In this document: positions 12,960-26,262 of the stretch, in pieces | Numbering within the stretch: the first letter of the stretch is position 1 | How the letters are laid out: each line of letters begins with the position of its first letter | Assembly: GCF_009834535.1 (NCBI RefSeq) | Contig: NC_045697.1 | Location: forward strand, 39,372,001-39,436,000 | Origin: Camelus ferus | Lineage: Eukaryota | DNA length: 64,000 bases | Direction: 5' to 3' | Translations under genes and position numbers: made by a program | Notes under the pieces: generated by a model | Seen by the model: the letters and a program-made list of their open reading frames with translations, nothing else | What the model was told of the DNA's origin: nothing | Databases searched by the model: none

Positions 12960-13170
12960 TGTGTAGTGCAGTGCGAAGAGATGGGCTTTGGCAGTTGCAC
13001 AGGACTAGGTCTGAAATCCAACCGCCGTCTCTGGTCGAATGTGTGATAGGGGCAACCTACATAACCCGTTTAAGAGTCATTAATACCTGCTTCACGCAGT
13101 TGTCAAGAGGATGAAGGGATATAATATATGTCCAAAATTTAGCATAGTGCTGGCACCCATTGGTTATTAA
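12960..13170 (+). mobile_element. MIR SINE
   Basis: 'gtgtagtgcagtgcgaagagatgggctttgg...ttagcatagtgctggcac' follows the MIR 5'-3' layout. Confidence 0.65.
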
Positions 13171-15117
13171 CTACCTTTCTTATTTCTTCTGCTGAGTGTG
13201 AAACAAATCTAGCATTTAATTCATTTGCATGTGTCTGTCTCTGTCTCAGTGTTCTGGAGGCTTCTCTTACCTGTGAGCATGTTATATCTCATCTCCCTGG
13301 GAACTCCTACTCTTCAAGGGCAGGAACTGTGATTCTCTCATTGAGCCATAAGGTCTCTGGAGATGAGGCTTGTATTTTTTCTGCAAGACAGGATGGTGTT
13401 GGTAGCACTATCAGATGGTCAATATCTGAATATTCCAATCTCGTCCTCTGCAAAACTCTTCCTGGTAGTAGCTGCTGTGAGTGCTATATTAAGGATTCTG
13501 AAATCATTGGAAAGATTCTGTGGTCCAGTGTTGCCACAGGCACAAAGGGTAAACGCAGAGATGGCACTTTCGTCACAAGGATGACTGTCATCCTGTGATG
13601 GCCATGTGAGGGAGGGGAATTATGCTAAATTCACCTTTGAAGCCCTGTACTTGCACCAATAGCTAATCAAGCCCTTCAATCTGTATTTCTTGAGTGAACG
13701 AGTAAAAAATGTACAAAGCTTAGAGTCTGTGCCTGAAAGTGATGAGTGAAAAAGAAAAACTGGACAAAAGTGAAATATTGATCCTTTAAAGCCATTATCT
13801 GTTCAGTGATCAGCAAAACTCAAGGGAGTAAAGAGAACAGACTGCCTGTGAAGTTTTCTTTTCAAGGTGCTGGCCAGGGTCCTCCCTCTTCTAGTAACAC
13901 AAGGACACAGGAGTAAACGATTCATTGCTTAAAGGGCCCTTTAGATGTCGCATGAATTCCTCCCACGGTGATGCAGGTGCCCTTCATTGATTATGTTCAA
14001 GTTGAAATTGTTAACTCTGGGCACACTTCCTCTGTAATAATTCTCCCAGGACACTTCCAACTACATCCCCCCAACACTGGTACTGCTTTAGCCATGGGAT
14101 CATGTATGAGGATGTAACAGAGCCATTTAAAATGTAATAAGTCTCCAGAAGTGTTCTCCTAAGTGAGCAATTCAAGACAGCCAATTAAGGAAAATAGGGT
14201 GAATATTTGTTACCGAAAAGACTGTACATAAACAGGGAGAAAGGAAAGAGGAGGGGGAACGTAGCAGGAAGGACTCCTATGTCTTGTTCTTGGATAGAAC
14301 TTGGTGTGGCACAAAATGGATTTTTCTAGATGTTTGGTAAACTGAGAGTACGCAGTGCAAGGTTCTTTTTTAAAGTCATCTCAGTGGGTGGCTTTTATGA
14401 CCAGATTAGGATTCATTTAGAAAATCTTTACATGAGATTTCACTTTGATATAGCCGAGAACAATGGCATGCTGTTCTCATGTGCGGGGACTTAATTTTCT
14501 GATATAAAATTGTCTCTGGCCTAAGTTCCAGAATTGAACTTCTATACATGTGTTGAGCTTCTAATAACACAAAAGTGCCATCTGTAGGTTGACAAAAAAT
14601 TGCATAATTATCTGTGATTCTTTAGCCTTTCAGGATCATATAGTAGTTGTAGTCAAATTAATGACAGCAAGGAAAACTTGGTTATTGGATGTCACTTACA
14701 CAGGATAACGGGTAGTTAGTGGCAAAGAGGGACTGGAACTCACATATTCTCACACCCGATCAAACTCGATTCAAACCTTCTCTCCACCAATACTCTGTGT
14801 GAACTTAAGGCATTGAGCTTCTCTGAACCAGTTTCTTTATATTTTTATATGTACCACTGTAAATGAAAAAGCATTCATCTCACATTTCAAGATGTCACAT
14901 AACTTAGAGATGTCATGTTAGATGCTTATTACAGTGCCCAGCTCAAATTAGACCCTCAGCAAATAATAGTCACTGTTGTTCTTCTATCATCGTCATTATT
15001 ATTATTCTCAGTCTAATAAAAACAAAACATTAATAAGTCTATAAGATTTTTATTTCAGGATTGTATTTTGAGGCAATAATGAACACTTTTTCAGAGTTAC
15101 ATAAGTTGTATAAGAAT

Positions 15118-16120
15118 GTCATGGTAGCCAGTCCCCAATGAGCCCAACCTCCTGATGGTCACACCCATGAGTAATCCCCTCCTGCGTGGTGCCAGAGCTG
15201 GTCTATGTGAACAGTACAATATAGCAAAAGTGATGTTATGTGTGGTAGGCAGGATCATGGTTCCCAAAATATGTCCACATCCTAATCTCCACATTCTAAA
15301 CCTATGAATATGTTGAATAAATTACCTTACATGGCAAAAGGGACTTTGCAGATGTGATTAAATTAAAAATCTCACAAATGAGAGATTATCCTGGATTATC
15401 TGGATGGGTCCAATGTAATCAAAAAGATTCTTAAATGATGGAAGGAAGTCAGAATCAGAGATTTGAGGATGTTTCACTGACAATTTTGAAGATAAAGGAA
15501 AAGATCTTAAGCTAAAGAATGCAGACAGCTTCTAAAAGTTAGAAAAAGGCAAGGAAATGAATCTCTCCTACGGGTTCCAAAAGGGACACAGACCTGTCAA
15601 CACCTTGATTTTAGCTCAAAGAAACTCATTTTGGAATTCTGGTGTCCGGAACTGTAAGATAGTAAATTTGCATTGTTGAAGCCACTAAGTTTGTGGTTAT
15701 TTGTCACAACAACAGTAGAAAACTAACCAGTATGTCACTCCCAAGATTGGGGTCATAAAAGACTGTGGCTTCTATCTCAGGCTCTTTGTCTGTCTTGCAT
15801 GGCTCACTCTGAGGGAAGGTAGTGCACTGTCATAAGGACATCCCTCCAGCCTCAGGAGAGGCCCGCTCCACAAGGAACTGAAGCCGATTGACAAGCCAGT
15901 GAGCTGGAAAGCAGGTGCTTCTGCCCTGGTCGAACCTGAGCGGACTGCAGCCCAGCTGATCATTTGATTGCAACCTCATGAGAGTCTCTGAGCCAGAACC
16001 ACCCAGCTAGGCTGTTTCTGGATTTCCAACCTACAGAAACTTTGAATAATAAATGTTTGTTGCTTTAAGTGGCTAATTTTCAGGGTGATTCGTAACACTG
16101 CATTACATAACTACAATACG
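15118..16120 (+). mobile_element. MaLR solo LTR (MLT1F-like), split by a nested MLT1D-like LTR
   Basis: 5' part at 15118-15240 and 3' part at 15735-16120, with an 'aataaatgtttgttgctttaag...ataactacaatac' MaLR terminus. Confidence 0.8.
15241..15729 (+). mobile_element. MaLR solo LTR (MLT1D-like)
   Basis: TG...CA ends ('tgtggtaggcagga' to 'gaaaactaacca'), internal 'gggactttgcagatgtgattaa', and a near-perfect 5-bp TSD TTATG/GTATG. Confidence 0.9.
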
Positions 16121-16134
16121 GTATCCTGGACGGT

Positions 16135-16682
16135 TTCCTCCCGCATGCAACCGGGCTGACTTGTGTGAGTGAGCAGTAGAATGTGGCAGAAGTGATGGGG
16201 TGAGACCAGATGCTGAAGATAGGTTCTCAAAACGAACACAACTTCCTTAAACTCGTGCGTAGTCCACTGTAAGGAAGGACAGCTGCTGTGTCACAAGGCA
16301 CTCACACAGCCCGTGGAGGAACCAGCTGGCCCACACCACCTCGACACCATGTGAGAGCCACCTTGGAAGGACATCCTCCAGCTCCAGTCAGGTTTTCAAT
16401 GATTCCAGCCCTTCTGCTGCAAGTCGTTTACCCAGGGCCCCCGACATTGCAGAGCAGGGGCCAGCCACACCAGCTGTGCCCTTACTGAATTCTTGACCCA
16501 CAGAAAGTGTGTGATAGTAAATGTTGGGGTTTTTTAATTTATTTTTTTATTGACGTATAGTCAGCTTACAATGTTGTGTCAATTTCTAGGGAACAGCATA
16601 ATGTTTCAGTCATACATATACTTTTTGTTTTAACCCCCTTAGTTTTGAGTGATTTGTCGTGTAGCAATAGATAACTAGTACA
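16135..16682 (+). mobile_element. MaLR solo LTR (MLT1F/G/H-like) with a ~90-bp antisense L1 tail inserted at ~16530-16620
   Basis: MaLR end 'gtagcaatagataactagtaca'. The insert 'ttattgacgtatagtcagcttacaatgttgtgtcaatttct' is a reversed L1 terminus. Confidence 0.8.
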
Positions 16683-18771
16683 AATGTATTAAATATTTAA
16701 TATCTTCCAATTGTATTTTAGAAAAATACTTTTTCATGTCTATAATGTGTGTTAGTACCTTTTCAAAATGTTGATTTAGATGTGCAAGCAATTATTTTCA
16801 CTCTGTTTCCTATGACCAGAATCTCGGTCGGTATTGTGTAATGTGGATAGCAGAGAGAATCTGTAGCAACAGAGATGTGTGGCAGCATATGCATATAATA
16901 CTCACATGTAGCAGGCTGGCTTCTTGGTAAGAAAGTAGCTTCTGTTTTGGACATAGAGCAGCTTTATTTTTAAAGTCAGATCTGACGGCAGGAATCTCTA
17001 GTCGATAATCTCAGTTTGTTCTCACATTCCTTATTTCACTTAGTTGGACGTGGGGAGGGGACACAGGAAATGAGACTTAGTGACAGTAACCAGTTAAAAG
17101 CAACGTAATCACTTCCTGTGTAACTCCTGGTCTCTTGTGAATTCAGTTAGTCTCTTCAAATTCCAAACTTCCTTTCTGGACAGCAGCCCCTCCCACATGT
17201 TCTCCTCTTCCCTTTCCCTCATTCACCCCAAAAGAGGGGCTGGATCCAGGAAGAAGCTTATGTAGTGTCTTGAAATGCTGGTGAAGGCGCCTGTGTGATC
17301 TGTGCGTTGCGCTCTCATATTTACTGGCTGCAGCTTGGCCAACCTCATCTTGGGACATTCTCCGTTCTTACTGCACTGGCCGCTGAAGTACCCAAGGCTG
17401 GCGTAACTGGAGAAGACTATTCTCTTGCACAGTCAGTTCATGGTCTCCCCACTTTCCGCATTACCCCCTCCTTGCTCTTGCCCTTGACTCACACACTAGC
17501 GCTGCTTATCTACTGAAACTTTAGCATCGTATCATGTCACCCCACAGCCTCACAACAGCATCCACTCTCTCCCTAAACTGGAGACCCTCCAGCAGGCACA
17601 GTGGGTCTCAATTCTCAGACCTTCCTCACACATCCCAAAGAGCTTGGAAATTGTCCATCTTCTCTCCTGCATGCTCTGGAACTGAGGGGCACTAGAGAGA
17701 TGACTAAATGAGAAGCTCAGTGATCCTAGCTTCTCCAACTAGTCTGTCAGAGTGCTGCAGAATTTTATAATACCTTCTTGCTTATATGAGGACAGAAGCA
17801 ACTCCTTCTCTGGCCAAGAGAAAGCCTGAGAAAACTTTTTTTGATATTTCAGATGCTCTGTATAGCCAATTAAATATGGGAGACTTAATCATCAACAACT
17901 TAATCGTCTACCTTTTAGGTAGAATTACCAACATGAGCACTTTGTAAATCCCTCCTGTGTGTATTCAGTCTGGAGCAATGCTAGATAAGTGCTTTTAAAG
18001 ACCTTCTTATTCATGCCTACAAGTGTACAGAGAATTTTGTTTTACTATAGTAAAGCATGCCTCTTCATATCTTCAACAAAACAGCATGCAATATGTGGCC
18101 GTGGGTCATGTCCCAGACCATAAGCATTTATCATCTGTTCTAGCAAGGCTGATATGACCCTATTTCTAGCCAAAGGCAGCTCTTGGAGTTGAGAGCCCAC
18201 GGGGTCCTGAAAAAAATTAGCAATTCAGTCTATGAAAACAGTGGAAGAGAAGAATGGAAGACATGTTGAAAAGTCCTGTGCAGATCTCTGTAGCCAAGAT
18301 CTCACACAGGGCTGGGCCTCCAGAGACCCCAAACTCTGAGATGTGCCCCTGAGGAGCAGGTGCTGAGTCAGGGAAAGCTGACCTGGGAGACAACAGATTC
18401 TGATCACCAGCCCTGAGCTCATCGTGGAAAACATCTTCTCTTGGCTCTTTCTCTCCCTGCCTTCACTTGCCACTGCTCATTCCTTCTTAGCAGCATAAGG
18501 TAACCCCTAAGAACACAGCTTCTAGAGACAGACATCTTGATTCCAATGCCAACTTTGCAGCTTATTACCTGCGAGAGCTTGGTCATGTTCATTAGCCCTT
18601 CTTTGTCTTAGTTATCTGATCCAAAATAAAATGCAGATGCTGGTATCAGCATCCACTCCAGTGGGTTGTTGTGTAATTTTATAAATAAAAGTATATTTGT
18701 TGAGTCCCTAGAATGCTGGGAAACTGTAATTAGTCATTATCATTATTTGCCCTCTATTTTGCCTCTCTGCT

Positions 18772-19178
18772 CTGGATTAGTCAACTCAGCCATCGTAACA
18801 CAAATACCACAGACTGTGTGCTTTAACACTAGACATTTATTTCTCACAGTTCTGGAGGCTGAGAAGTCTAAGATCAAAGTGCCAGTAAAATCGGTTTCAT
18901 TCTGAGGCGTCTTCTGTTGCCTCACAGGCAGCTGCCATCTTGTGTGTGCACCCAAGACCTCTCCTTTGTGTGTGCACAGGGGTTGAGAGAAAGAGATAGC
19001 TCTCTGGTGCTTCTTCTTTTCTTCTTATAAAGACATTAATCCTATCAGAGCACCACCCTTACGACACCATGTAGCCTTAACTGATTCCTTAGAAGCGTCA
19101 TCTCCAAATGCACACACTGGAGGGTAGGGTTTCAACATATGAATTAGGGGAGGAGGACACAAACGTTCATATATAGCA
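18772..19178 (-). mobile_element. MaLR solo LTR (MLT1A-like)
   Basis: 'ataccacagactg...catttatttctcacagttctggaggctgagaagtctaagatcaa' and 'ttcaacatatgaatt...ggacacaaac'. Confidence 0.9.
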
Positions 19179-19409
19179 TATTCCTCCCCATGCCCACACT
19201 CAATTTCTTCTTTTACCCCCGCTTCCTATCCCTAAAGTCACAACTAGATTTACAAAATGCCTAGAAATTCTCAGTAAATGTCACACAGACCAAAATACCT
19301 GATGCCATAGGAGGCTAGGTTCTTCACAGTTTCCACATTTTGTTAAAAGATATCATCTGGACTGGTCACGGGCTTGTGTCCAGTTAGTAATAAAGAACAG
19401 TTGGTTACA

Positions 19410-19815
19410 GTTACCTATTCTACAAACAGCAAACAGTGTTGCATAAAACACTACCCCAAATCTCAGTGGCTAAAAACAATAAGCATTTATTGCTCATACA
19501 ACAGGAGTCAGATGCAGGTCAGAGACTTTGGCTGTGTGATTCTCCTGGCCTCTCTTGTTTGTCTGGGAGTAGACTGGCTGTTGGCTGGGGTCTCATTTTT
19601 CTGGGATTTATCTGGCTGGAACAACTCAGCTCTGCTTTCTAGGTCTCGTTCTCCGTGTTTCTCACATCTTTCCTGCAGGCTCTTCCAGGCATGTTCTTCC
19701 ATGAGGGGCAGAGGTGAGCAGAGCCCAGTCCCCAGTCCTGGAAACAGACAGCAAAAGGGAACACTAGTGGTGTCATGGGAGGAATGAGGCATCATAGCCA
19801 TTTTGCAACCTACTC
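19410..19815 (-). mobile_element. Old MaLR LTR (MLT1G-J-like)
   Basis: 'ctaccccaaatctcagtggctaaaaacaataagcatttattgctca'. Confidence 0.65.
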
Positions 19816-20460
19816 CACCAAAGATCATCTTACTAACTCCACCTCCCTGCTCCATTTTTTTTTCCACTTAAAAAAAATCACAAGTTTAAATTAGAGAGGA
19901 CATGTAATTAAAAATGGATTATGCTGGTAAAAAAAAGTTTTATGTAATTCACCAGCTACCCTTTCGGCACACAGACCATACTGGTGTAAATGAGACCATG
20001 GTGCCCTATAGTAAGAAAAAAAGTCTTTCCTCGTAAGGATAGTTTAATTTTTAGTTCTTTAGGTTTTGGGGGTTTTATTTTTGGTTTTTTAGGAATCATA
20101 TCTAGACAAAGTTCTGAAAATAATTTAATGTAGTTTCTTACTGTGTTTCTCAAACTCAGAAACTTTTTTTATGTGTGCTATACATCTCACAGAAAAGAGC
20201 ATGGTAATATATATAAGCAGGCTGAAAATTGTCAAAAGCTGTGTTTTGAAAATGTCCTATACTCTAATTACCTTACAGTTTGCACTTTGCATCCAGATAT
20301 GGCCAAGATGAGGGAATTCGATTTGGGGAAATTAAACTGCGATGTGCTGCCACCTTGTGTACTGTGCCTCCAAGCACTACTATTTTCCATGTGCATCTCT
20401 AGAATACTAATCGGAAAAAAATACTGCGATGAAAGGAAAGATATTTTGTCTTTGCAAAAG

Positions 20461-20935
20461 GCAAGGTTCCTTAATCCCTTTTGTGCTCGTGGGACTCTGG
20501 CAACCCATGGACCTCTTTTCATAATAATGTTTTTTAATGTATGAAGTAAAATATTAGGATTAGAAACTATATTGAAATACAGTTACCAAAAGATTTAAAG
20601 TAACAAATGTGTAATAGAGTAATATGTATGCTTCTTAATTAACACATTAAGTAACAAAATCTAGTGGTGAGTCTAATAAATACTATGATCTTAAATTAGT
20701 AATTAGTGTGAACTTATTTGGGATATTGACAACATGTGATATGATTAAAAAAAAATGTGTGTCACAGGCTAAGGCCATTGTGGTTTGTTGCCTATATTCA
20801 TACTTAAAGGAAAGGCTAAAGTACAACTAGATATTATTGGAAAAATTGTTATTTTTCCCTGTCCAAGTTGACCAGCCACCTGAGTTCTAGCCATGGGCCC
20901 CTTGGGATCCAGAGACCCCAAGTTAATCATTCCTG
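20461..20935 (-). mobile_element. hAT-Charlie non-autonomous element (Charlie4-like)
   Basis: Degenerate TIRs ('caaggttccttaatc' / 'ccaagttaatcattcctg') and an AT-rich core resembling Charlie4a. Confidence 0.7.
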
Positions 20936-21279
20936 ACCCTTAATATAGTTTACATTTGATCACTAAACAAGGAAATATTAGACATTGCAACTTTCAAAAA
21001 TAAATCTTCATTGAGATCCACAAATTCATAAAAATCTTCTTTGAATAAGATATTTTTAAAGAACAAAATACTATTTTTCTTTCACAAATATTATTTTTCT
21101 ACAGCATGCTATAATGAACATTTATATAATATAGGATTTTTCTAATATTTTTATACCCATGGATTAAAGTATTGGTCTACAAAATACGTACACAGTTTTA
21201 TTTGATTTCTTAAGGGACTGACTAGATTACTTGGATTCTGGTCCAAGATTGGCCTTTCATTCAATAACCTTGTACATTT

Positions 21280-21430
21280 CTCTCCTCTGAGTCTCTCTCT
21301 CTTTCCTTCCTCCTTTCCTCCCTTCCTTTTTCTTTGCTATCTTCCTTTCTTCTTTCTTCCTTCCCTACCTTTTCCCTCCTCCCTCTTTTCTCTCCCTCAC
21401 GCTCTTTCTCTCTCCCCTTTATTTTGTTCT
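21280..21430. repeat. Polypyrimidine/polypurine low-complexity tract
   Basis: About 150 nt of almost only C/T on the + strand. Confidence 0.9.
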
Positions 21431-21531
21431 TTCCTCAACAAACATTTAATAAGAGATGAACTCATGCTAATAACTATGCTCAGCAGGGTGGTGACCTTGG
21501 GACTTCACAGTTAATCATAATACAGCATGGC

Positions 21532-22330
21532 CCAGAGGCAGCTTGACCACACACCTAAAGAAGCTTAAGTTTCTATGTACAGTCAGCCCTCCTCCATATC
21601 CGCAGGGTCCGCATCTACAGATTTAGCCAACAGTGGATGGAAAATATTTGGAAACAATTGTTTTTTCAGGAAGTTTCAAAAAGCAAAACTTGAATTTGCC
21701 ATACTCTGGCAACTATTTACATTCTATTTGCAAAGATTTACATAGCATTTGTATTGCATTAGGTATTATAAGTCATCTAGAGATGATTTAAAGTTTACGG
21801 GAAGATGTGTGCAGGTTATATGCAAATACTACACCATTTTATATAAGTGACTTGAGTATCTGAGGATTTTGGCATCTGCCAGGAGTCCTGGAACCCATCC
21901 CGTCCGATACAGAGGGATGGCTGTACTTCGCTTTCACAGTTCTAAGGAGACCTGGCAATGGTTTCACGTGTTTTTATAATAGTTTTGTAAAATTTACAAA
22001 ATGAGAAATTTAAACCACAATCAATTAAGACCTGTGTCTCTTTCAATTCCTACCTCCCCTCATGTTCATTGCTTTTAGAATGCCTAGGCATTGGAGACCC
22101 TGCTAAGCAAAAGCTGAGTAGGGGCTATATTTAGTTTGGGTTTAGTGAGATGTATTTATGTGGGTCATATGCACTCTCATGCGCAGGGAAGTCTCACCCC
22201 CCACTCCGGGATTCCCCATGTGCCCTATCGCTCCGGTCCCAGGAATTCCATGCTGGAAGTTCACAGAGACCATGATGCTGGGTATGCTCAGCCTGACCAT
22301 GGCATTCTCTTATTCTTCGAGTGAAGCATT
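21532..22330 (+). mobile_element. hAT-Tip100 element (MER115/Zaphod-like), interrupted by a Tigger MITE
   Basis: 'cagaggcagc...gaagcttaag', 'tttgtaaaatttacaaaa' and 'atatttagtttgggtttagtgagatgtatttatgtgg' resemble MER115/Zaphod. The right boundary is uncertain. Confidence 0.6.
21580..21923. mobile_element. TcMar-Tigger MITE (MER2-like)
   Basis: TA-flanked TIRs 'ta|cagtcagccctc' and 'gagggatggctg|ta', with internal 'ttaggtattataagtcatctagagatgatttaaag'. Confidence 0.9.
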
Positions 22331-22887
22331 CTCTGGGGCATGATCTGCATTCTCCCCAGCTGTGGTGTTCGGAGGGGCATTTAAAAACCTAGAAGAGTCA
22401 CGTTGAGAATGGAGCCAGCCACTCTGCAGCCCTCGGACATTCTGACATTCTCCGTGCTGCACCATTAATCACAGCCCAGCAGCAGGCACTTGGGAGGGCG
22501 CAGACGCAGTCTTTTACTGTTTAATCACTTCATGTCTATCATCCCGTGGGTCACAGCAGTGCTTATCATTAACCCAGCATTTTCCCCCAAGAAAACTGTA
22601 CACTAGGCCAAGTTATAGCCCTAAAATCCAGTGTATGGCTTTAGAATAGTATTCAGTGGACATATACTTACAAGGGCAGGCTGCAGTGTTGGGGGGATGT
22701 AGTGCCTCAGAATCTGGGTCATTCCCTAATCCACTTATACAGACATCAAGAAAGACCAAGCCTTTTATTTCATGTCGGTATCGCACATCCTTAAAAAATG
22801 GCTTTTTAATGAAATTACTCACTAGCACCTCCTAAGAGGTATTCCTCAGTTCCTCCAGGCACAGCCAATATCTTCTTTGTTTAGTAT

Positions 22888-23015
22888 ATTTTTTAAAGTT
22901 TTTCTTTTTTTTTTTTTTTAGTTTTTTTTTTTCTAACAGAGGTACTGGAGATTGAACCCAGGACCTTGTAAATGCAAAATACACGTGTTACCACTGAGCT
23001 ATGTACCCCACCTCC
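22888..23015 (-). mobile_element. Camelid tRNA-derived SINE (Vic-1-like)
   Basis: The minus strand reads GGGGTACATAGCTCAGTGG (A box)...GGGTTCAATCTCCAGTACCTC (B box), followed by an A-rich tail. Confidence 0.85.
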
Positions 23016-24992
23016 TGGCCTGTTGAGCTTAATATCATCATGGCAAAATTCACATTGTATAGTGTTTACATACTTGTCCAGCTAATCCATAAGACTATAA
23101 TTGCTCAAGGTAAGAAATCATACTATATTTCCCTCTGTAAAAATACTGTAAAATGAACAGGCTATTTTTGGATAATAATCTTTGTTTTAATTGCTCCTTT
23201 AAAAAAAGTCTTCCTGAGACTATAGAGCCATTCTATTAAAAGAACTATGCATAGTTTACTAAACACAGGTACATAAATCTGTCTGTTAAACAAAATAATT
23301 TAGTTCTGAAGTCAATGCCAGTTTTGTTTTTTGGGTTATGGGGGAGGGGCATTTTTGCTCTTTCCCTCAAAAAGGGACAACGGGAAAAAAATGAATCTAT
23401 GAAAATTATTAATTCATTCAGGATTGTTGTATTTAATACACACACAAAATTAACAGTAATTGTTAATATCATGATATTACAACTTGAAGTTGCTAGTGAG
23501 ATTTTCATTAAAAGTTTGAAACTTTTTTTAAAGTCAGAATTAACAGAAAGAGGGGGAAAGGGAATCTGTATTCTATTCTAGAATTCCAGTAGGAGATGAA
23601 TAACAGGAGGGAGAATTAGTAGTGACAGCTGGAAAAAAGAAAAATTAGCAGTCCAAATCTCTAGCACCTGAAAGAAGAAAGGATTATATTGAAAACTGAC
23701 CTCCAAGGGAGAGGATGACCCAAGTGCTTAACCAGCAGGAGGGCCCATATGTTACCTAACAGGAGGGAGACCTGAAAAATGCCCAGTCAGGGATTCTATC
23801 AACCCTGTGATTAGATAATGAATGGAAATGTCATTGGAGTTAGATCTAAGTCTAAATCTTGGCCCAATCATCAGCCAGCAATGCAACATTAGGTGAGTTG
23901 TTAAAACTCTCTAAGCTTCATTTTCGTTACCGTAAAATGAAGGCAACATTTGTGGTTTCTTACAGTATGTTGCGTTGAAAAAGACAATCTGTAATTAGCA
24001 TGATTTCTGGCAGAAAGTAGGTTCAATAATATTATTTGAAGCAAATATTATTTGAAGATAAGGAGAGATCCTTAAGTAACTGTAGGCAAGTAGATATTAA
24101 TTAAACTGTTAACCTCCAGGTTGAATCTTCGAGCTCTGAATTGACTAATAGTTCTAGACAAAGTCATTTATTAAAGATGTTATGCCTTTTCTCTTTTTTT
24201 TACTCTTGGTAGTTTTTCTTAGATTCTCTTTTATTTTGCTTTGTTGATCTTTCTCATGACCTCCTCATCTGTGTTGCTTCCAAAGTCAGCTATGATGGGA
24301 TCTGAGGTCGTACTAAAAATGTCTATGTGCTTCTGAAACTCAGGACCAGTCTCACTTGATGCCTCATTTAGAAATATTCCTACTGACTTAGCCACCCTAA
24401 AGAAGGCTCCTCCCCTTAGAAAACAGTGTCGACTTCACATGCACTGGCTTCAAGGTGTGTTACCTATCACAAGGACAGGCAAATCATACACAACACATTC
24501 TGTATAACTAGTAATGGCAAGTTTGTTTACGGATTCAAGATAAGCAGTAAACAGCTATCACTTCCTCCTTAGTAGGCTACTGTGCTATAAGCAATGAAGA
24601 TAATATTAAAAAGATCCAGAAAATCTGATCTTTTAAATATGATAGATTGTGTTTAAGTCCCTTGTGACATGATGCAGAGAAAAAGTGATAAGAAGTTCAG
24701 TCTTCAGCTTGCGCATCAGAAGTCTGAGTGACCTGACCTCTCTTGACCTCAGCTTTCTCCGCTGAGAAATAAAGCAGTTGAACTACCTGATCTGTTAATT
24801 CCCTGCTAAATCAGCCACTGTGTGGTTTTATGATTGTGATGAGCACTTAAGGAGCCAAAGACAGTTTACTTTACAAGTACATTTGTCTCCCAGAATATAA
24901 AAGTAGGTCATTTCAGAAGATAGCAGTGGTAGTTTTATTTTTTTTTAATTATTAACAAAGATAATCCTTGAAAAGTGTATCAGTACAAAATG

Positions 24993-25021
<29 letters not shown>
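24993..25021 (+). repeat. Poly(A) run (29 nt)
   Basis: Direct read of the sequence. Confidence 0.95.
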
Positions 25022-25023
<2 letters not shown>

Positions 25024-25271
25024 AGGCCCAAGCACCTCGCTGAGACACTGGTAAGTCATTCACCAGCTTGTTTTTCACTCACTGATCAAAAATAATCTCA
25101 TTAATTCATTTATACCTAGAAATTAAGTATTTATTTCTTCAAATCCATAGTACAGGATGCTCAAGACAAAAAAAAAAAAAAAGAGGGGGAGGGGGAATGG
25201 TTAATTATAGCCTCTGCAGTTTCTAGATGTGAAGACAAGTAACCAGAAAGTAGATAAATCTATATGACACC

Positions 25272-25709
25272 TGTATTCACTCCTAGGGCTGCTATAAAAG
25301 TACCAAAAGCTGGGTGGCTTAAAACAACAGAAGTTTATTGTCTCACTGTTCTGGAGGCTAGAAAGTCAAAATCAGGATGTCCCAGGGCCGCGTTCTCTCT
25401 GACGTCTCTAGGAAAAAATCCTTCCTTGCCACTTCCTAGCTTGTCGTGTTTTCCAACAATCTTTGGCATTCCGATACACCCCTCCAGTCCCGTGGCCATC
25501 TTCACATCTTCTTCCTTCTGTGTGTCTGTGTCCAGATTTCCCCGTTTTACAAGGACACCAGTCATACTGAATTAGGGCCCACCTTCATGAACTAATCTTA
25601 ACCTGGTTCAACTTGCAAAGACCCTATTTCCAAGTAGGGCAATACTCTGAGGTACTGGTGTTAGAACTTCAATGTATCTTTTGACGAGGACAAAATTCAG
25701 CCCACAACA
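25272..25709 (-). mobile_element. MaLR solo LTR (MLT1B/C-like)
   Basis: 'tgtatt...cctagggctgctata...gggtggcttaaaacaacagaagtttattgtctcactgttctggagg' through 'aattcagcccacaaca'. Confidence 0.9.
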
Positions 25710-25989
25710 ATATATACTCTCCTGCAAGAAAAAAACCTTAGTGAGTATACAAGATATAAAGTTTTGTCAATGACCATGAACTGAAAGAAATGCCCCAAGG
25801 ACTTTTATCACATGAATATACAAGACAGAGCTTACCAAAACCATCAGTAGATGCAGAGATACTGGCTGAGATGCAGTGTTGCCCAGCTGGCTGAGACAGT
25901 ATCTTAGCAATAAAATATTGTAGGAATAAATTTTTCATATTTATAATAGCTTGGATTTTTTTTTTAATCTTTCTGGTTTCCAGACATTT

Positions 25990-26190
25990 TAAAATGTTTG
26001 GCCTGTATTAGCACATTTAATCCCTTCTATAACCCTACAAGGTAAGAATTATTATTATTATGCCCATTTTGTGGTTGAGAAAATTGAGGCACAAAGAGAT
26101 TAAGTAACTTGATCAAAGCCACACAACCAAAAGTGGGAAAACTAGGATTTGAACTAAGGAGTCTGGCTGCAGGAGTGCTGTTAATCACTA
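25990..26190 (-). mobile_element. MIR SINE
   Basis: 'gaaaattgaggcacaaagagattaagtaacttgatcaaagccacac...ggatttgaactaagg'. Confidence 0.85.
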
Positions 26191-26262
26191 TGAATGGTCC
26201 CCACATTTATACTTTAGCAGAGAAGCAAGACATATCACCATGAAATGACTTAAAAACAAATA

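Noticed and set aside
13271..13380. Minus-strand exon candidate with CAG|GTAAGA donor, and the overlapping + ORFs 13329-13598
   Set aside because: Overlaps an L2-like 3' fragment ('cttcaagggcaggaactgtg'), no recognisable protein in any frame, and chance splice motifs are common.
22888..23015. tRNA-like A/B boxes (also at 45393-45526)
   Set aside because: Poly(A) tails, a TSD on one copy and no intact cloverleaf: these are SINEs, not tRNA genes.
24028..24057. 14-bp direct duplication AATATTATTTGAAG
   Set aside because: Simple AT-rich tandem duplication with two copies only; no array or spacer structure.
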